A stretch of DNA of 64,000 nt from Thecamonas trahens ATCC 50062. Its lineage: Eukaryota; Protista; Apusomonadida. Below the pieces are notes generated by a model. That model did no database searches and was not told the origin of the DNA. It worked only from the letters and a program-made list of their open reading frames with translations. The stretch lies in assembly GCF_000142905.1 (NCBI RefSeq), contig NW_013657677.1:585167-649166 (forward strand), in the 5' to 3' direction. A program made the translations under genes and the position numbers. This document shows, in pieces, positions 61,575-64,000 of the stretch (within the stretch, counting starts at the first letter, position 1; each line of letters opens with the position of its first letter).

Positions 61575-61993
61575 ATGGCTGGCATTGTTGCGAGCGCGAC
61601 GGGCAAGGCTGTCTTGGGCTATCTCGGACTGGGTCATTGTGCGGGCTTGGGCATTGTGGTCCCGCGAGTTGTGGTCCATTCTGTACTGTAAGGGGCTAAC
61701 ATCGATGGATCTGACATGGCGGGACGGAAGTCGCGCGTGTATACCAAAGCGGTGGAGAACTTTCCGCTTGTTTGTGGGACCATGCTCTTTGCACTGGCGA
61801 CGGGAGTGCATGCAGAGGTGACCGATGGTCTGGCGCTGACGTGGGTGGCAGCGCGGCTGGGGCAGATGGCGGTCCACAGTGTGTCGACGTCGAGCGCAGC
61901 CGTGCTCATCCGGTGCCACTTTTTTTTGCGGCCCAGCTGAGCATTGTTGGATGGTAGCTCTGGCAGCATGCGCAGATGGCAGGCGTGGTGTGA
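61575..61993 (+). pseudogene. Disrupted MAPEG-family membrane protein (bacterial-type)
   Basis: ATGKAVLGY...*GANIDGSD...SRVYTKAVENFP...VTDGLALTWVAARLGQMAVHSVSTS...RCHFF(shift)AAQL. In-frame TAA at 61689, a T8 frameshift at 61920 and TAG at 61955. Confidence 0.6.
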
Positions 61994-62007
61994 GCGGAAG
62001 CTTCCGT

Positions 62008-63444
62008 CTACAGATTGGACCTATCGACCGAGTCGGCAAAATACTCGTTGTACAGCTGCTCCGGCAGCGGGAGGCAGCGGGTGCGAAGAAAGTTGATGCC
62101 AGCGGTGATGGTGGCGATTTTGTGGACGGGGAGCGTCGGCTGGCGCGAGGTGTACGCCCAGCGAGTAAATAGGACGAGGAGCGCAGCAGCAGCGTAGAGG
62201 CCAAGGACAAGGTAGAGGAACGAGGTACCGGAGGGGAGGATGTACGGGAGGACAGAGTCAAGGAGGTCGATGCCATCGCGAGCGGTGTGATAGAGCGACG
62301 GCGAGAGCGGAATCGCAGCTAGGGCGAGGCGGAAGAGGCGGAGCGAGTGTGCGACAAAGAGCGAGGCGAGAGCGGAGAGGAGAAAGGCGAAGAAGCGAAG
62401 GAACCCGCTCCGAATCCATGCGTTCCAGTTGGCGGTGATGGCGGCGTGGTCACGGTCGCGGATGGCGAGGAGGCGGTCGTAGAGGGTGCGCGAGTCTGTC
62501 TTGAGCTGGCGGATGGTGTTCTGGACAGTGGCCGAGATGCGGTCGTCGATCTCGTCAGTAAGCTCCCAGATAGAGTTAGCGTGAAGTGGCGCGTCGCGAG
62601 TCTCACCGTCGACCGGGATGTGGATGGACGGGAGGCGGAGGGCGGTCTTTGCCGAGATGTGCGACATGAGGTTCTGGGTGATCTGGATGAGAACTCGCGA
62701 GCGGTCGGCCTCGGTAGCGACGGTGTCCATCTTGGATGCGACGTAGCGGATCTTGTCGGCGTGGCGGGCGTCGAGCGCCTTAATCAGCGACATGGTGCGG
62801 CTGCAGAGAGCCTGGCCGAGCGGGTCAAAGAAGATAAAGACCATGTCGACGCGTGCTGCCAGCCACTCAAGGACTCGCGAGACGTCAAACGGATAGGCCA
62901 TGTTGCCGTCGACAAGGCCTGGAGTGTCGATGAGGGTGAGGAGCGGAAAGGCGTTGGCGTCCGACGGGACCACATGGGTCTCGACGTGCGGGAGGAGGCC
63001 ATCAAACTGATCCAAGCCACGGAAGCGCTGGAACAGCTTGAGCGTCGCCGGCCCGTGCATGACATCGCGCCTGTGGCCGGCGGTGACAAAGTTGACGCCC
63101 TGCGTCTCGATGGCCACCGAGGTCTTGAGCACCTCTTGCCCCACGTACCAGTTGATGAACGAAGACTTGCCCGACGAGTGGTTGCCCATCAGGGCGACAG
63201 TAACCTTGCGCGACGGCGGAAGGAGCCGTGATCCGGCCTCACGTGCGATGCTCAACAGTCCTGGATGCGGAGAGGCATGAGTGTGGCGCGGGTGGGAGAG
63301 GGGGAGAGGAGGGGGAGGGGGGAGGGGGGGTAGGGGGGGGAGGCAGGGCGTACCATTGTCGCTGGTGTAGAGTTCGTGAATGCGGTTGAGGATAGACTCG
63401 GCGACAGGCATCCCCTCGGGGGAGCTGCCCGACGAAGTGGACAT
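62008..63444 (-). CDS. EHD/dynamin-like P-loop GTPase with C-terminal transmembrane segments; in-frame 93-nt intron 63353-63261
   Basis: G1 GNHSSGKS, G2 ET, G3 IDTPG, FFDP and G4-like SKMD. Hydrophobic FLRFFAFLLSALASLFVA and FLYLVLGLYAAAALLVLF. The intron GTACGC...CCAG explains the poly-Pro insert. Confidence 0.82.
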   Translation of the reverse strand: MSTSSGSSPEGMPVAESILNRIHELYTSDNGTPCLPPLPPLPPPPPLPLSHPRHTHASPHPGLLSIAREAGSRLLPPSRKVTVALMGNHSSGKSSFINWYVGQEVLKTSVAIETQGVNFVTAGHRRDVMHGPATLKLFQRFRGLDQFDGLLPHVETHVVPSDANAFPLLTLIDTPGLVDGNMAYPFDVSRVLEWLAARVDMVFIFFDPLGQALCSRTMSLIKALDARHADKIRYVASKMDTVATEADRSRVLIQITQNLMSHISAKTALRLPSIHIPVDGETRDAPLHANSIWELTDEIDDRISATVQNTIRQLKTDSRTLYDRLLAIRDRDHAAITANWNAWIRSGFLRFFAFLLSALASLFVAHSLRLFRLALAAIPLSPSLYHTARDGIDLLDSVLPYILPSGTSFLYLVLGLYAAAALLVLFTRWAYTSRQPTLPVHKIATITAGINFLRTRCLPLPEQLYNEYFADSVDRSNL

Positions 63445-63528
63445 GGGGAGGAGGTGTGTATGTTGAGTGAGGTGAGGTGAGGTGAGGTGAGGGGGGGGGG
63501 AGGGGGGGGTTCTCTGGTGGTGACGGAC

Positions 63529-63628
63529 NNNNNNNNNNNNNNNNNNNNNNNNNNNNNNNNNNNNNNNNNNNNNNNNNNNNNNNNNNNNNNNNNNNNNNNN
63601 NNNNNNNNNNNNNNNNNNNNNNNNNNNN
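63529..63628. other. Assembly gap (100 N)
   Basis: Run of N. Confidence 1.
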
Positions 63629-64000
63629 ACATCGCCGACAGCCGTGTTCGCGGGCGCTGGGGGCGCGGCGCGGGCGTCCTTGGTGATGTCGGACGAATCC
63701 AACATGACGGTCAGAGATGCTTGCAGCAATATTAGTCCCGGGGCCTTTAACTATACAAAGATCTAATGAGGGGTATTTGGATTTTTTTGTTCGGCGGCAA
63801 CCCCCGGCTCCTCCGTCCTTCCGGGGTTACAGTACCGCAGACGACGGAGCCAAAAGCGCCCACAAGGGGGGGGGGGGGGGGGGGGGGGAGTGATGGCTGT
63901 GATGACTGTGATGGCGATGTGGTGGTGGTCGAGGTCATCGAGCTCGGAGCCCTGGTCTTGTCCTGGTTCCATCGATGCGCTCATGTTTGGTTTATCGTTG

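Noticed and set aside
47493-61993. Single bacterial HGT island or contamination (NamH-like, lpxK, MAPEG)
   Set aside because: The genes are interspersed with typical eukaryotic genes and share the host composition, and the NamH-like gene has a spliceosomal intron. Independent origins are more likely.
63445-64000. ORF extension across the N gap and short terminal ORFs
   Set aside because: Reading through Ns is artificial, and the remaining sequence is too short and low-complexity to call.

Overview
This is a GC-rich, very gene-dense eukaryotic window with few introns: about 25 protein genes, short GT-AG introns, two 100-N gaps and many poly-G/poly-C tracts. Gene content (radial-spoke RSPH14, WAVE subunit NCKAP1, GSAP, TMEM181, BiP, PanC) and style suggest a flagellated, pseudopod-forming protist. 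My inference is an apusomonad such as Thecamonas, which is not provable here. No rRNA, tRNA, CRISPR array or intact transposon was seen. About ten frameshifts at short homopolymers split otherwise intact genes. Repairing them by eye reveals features the ORF track hides: a CCCH finger in a NYN/LOTUS-like RNase, a likely mitochondrial presequence on PanC, and a decayed MAPEG gene. The most notable candidates are: (1) an intron-bearing NamH/Rv3818-type MBL+Rieske hydroxylase and an LpxK, both bacterial-envelope-type enzymes; (2) a membrane-anchored four-domain Cu/Zn-SOD; (3) an EF-hand/ubiquitin-like/calcineurin-A pseudophosphatase fusion; (4) an LRR fused to a Nup214-like propeller; (5) an LRR with tandem SCP2-like domains; (6) a perfect 20-bp x14 CCAAT-containing array. 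All family calls come from remembered motifs, not database searches.
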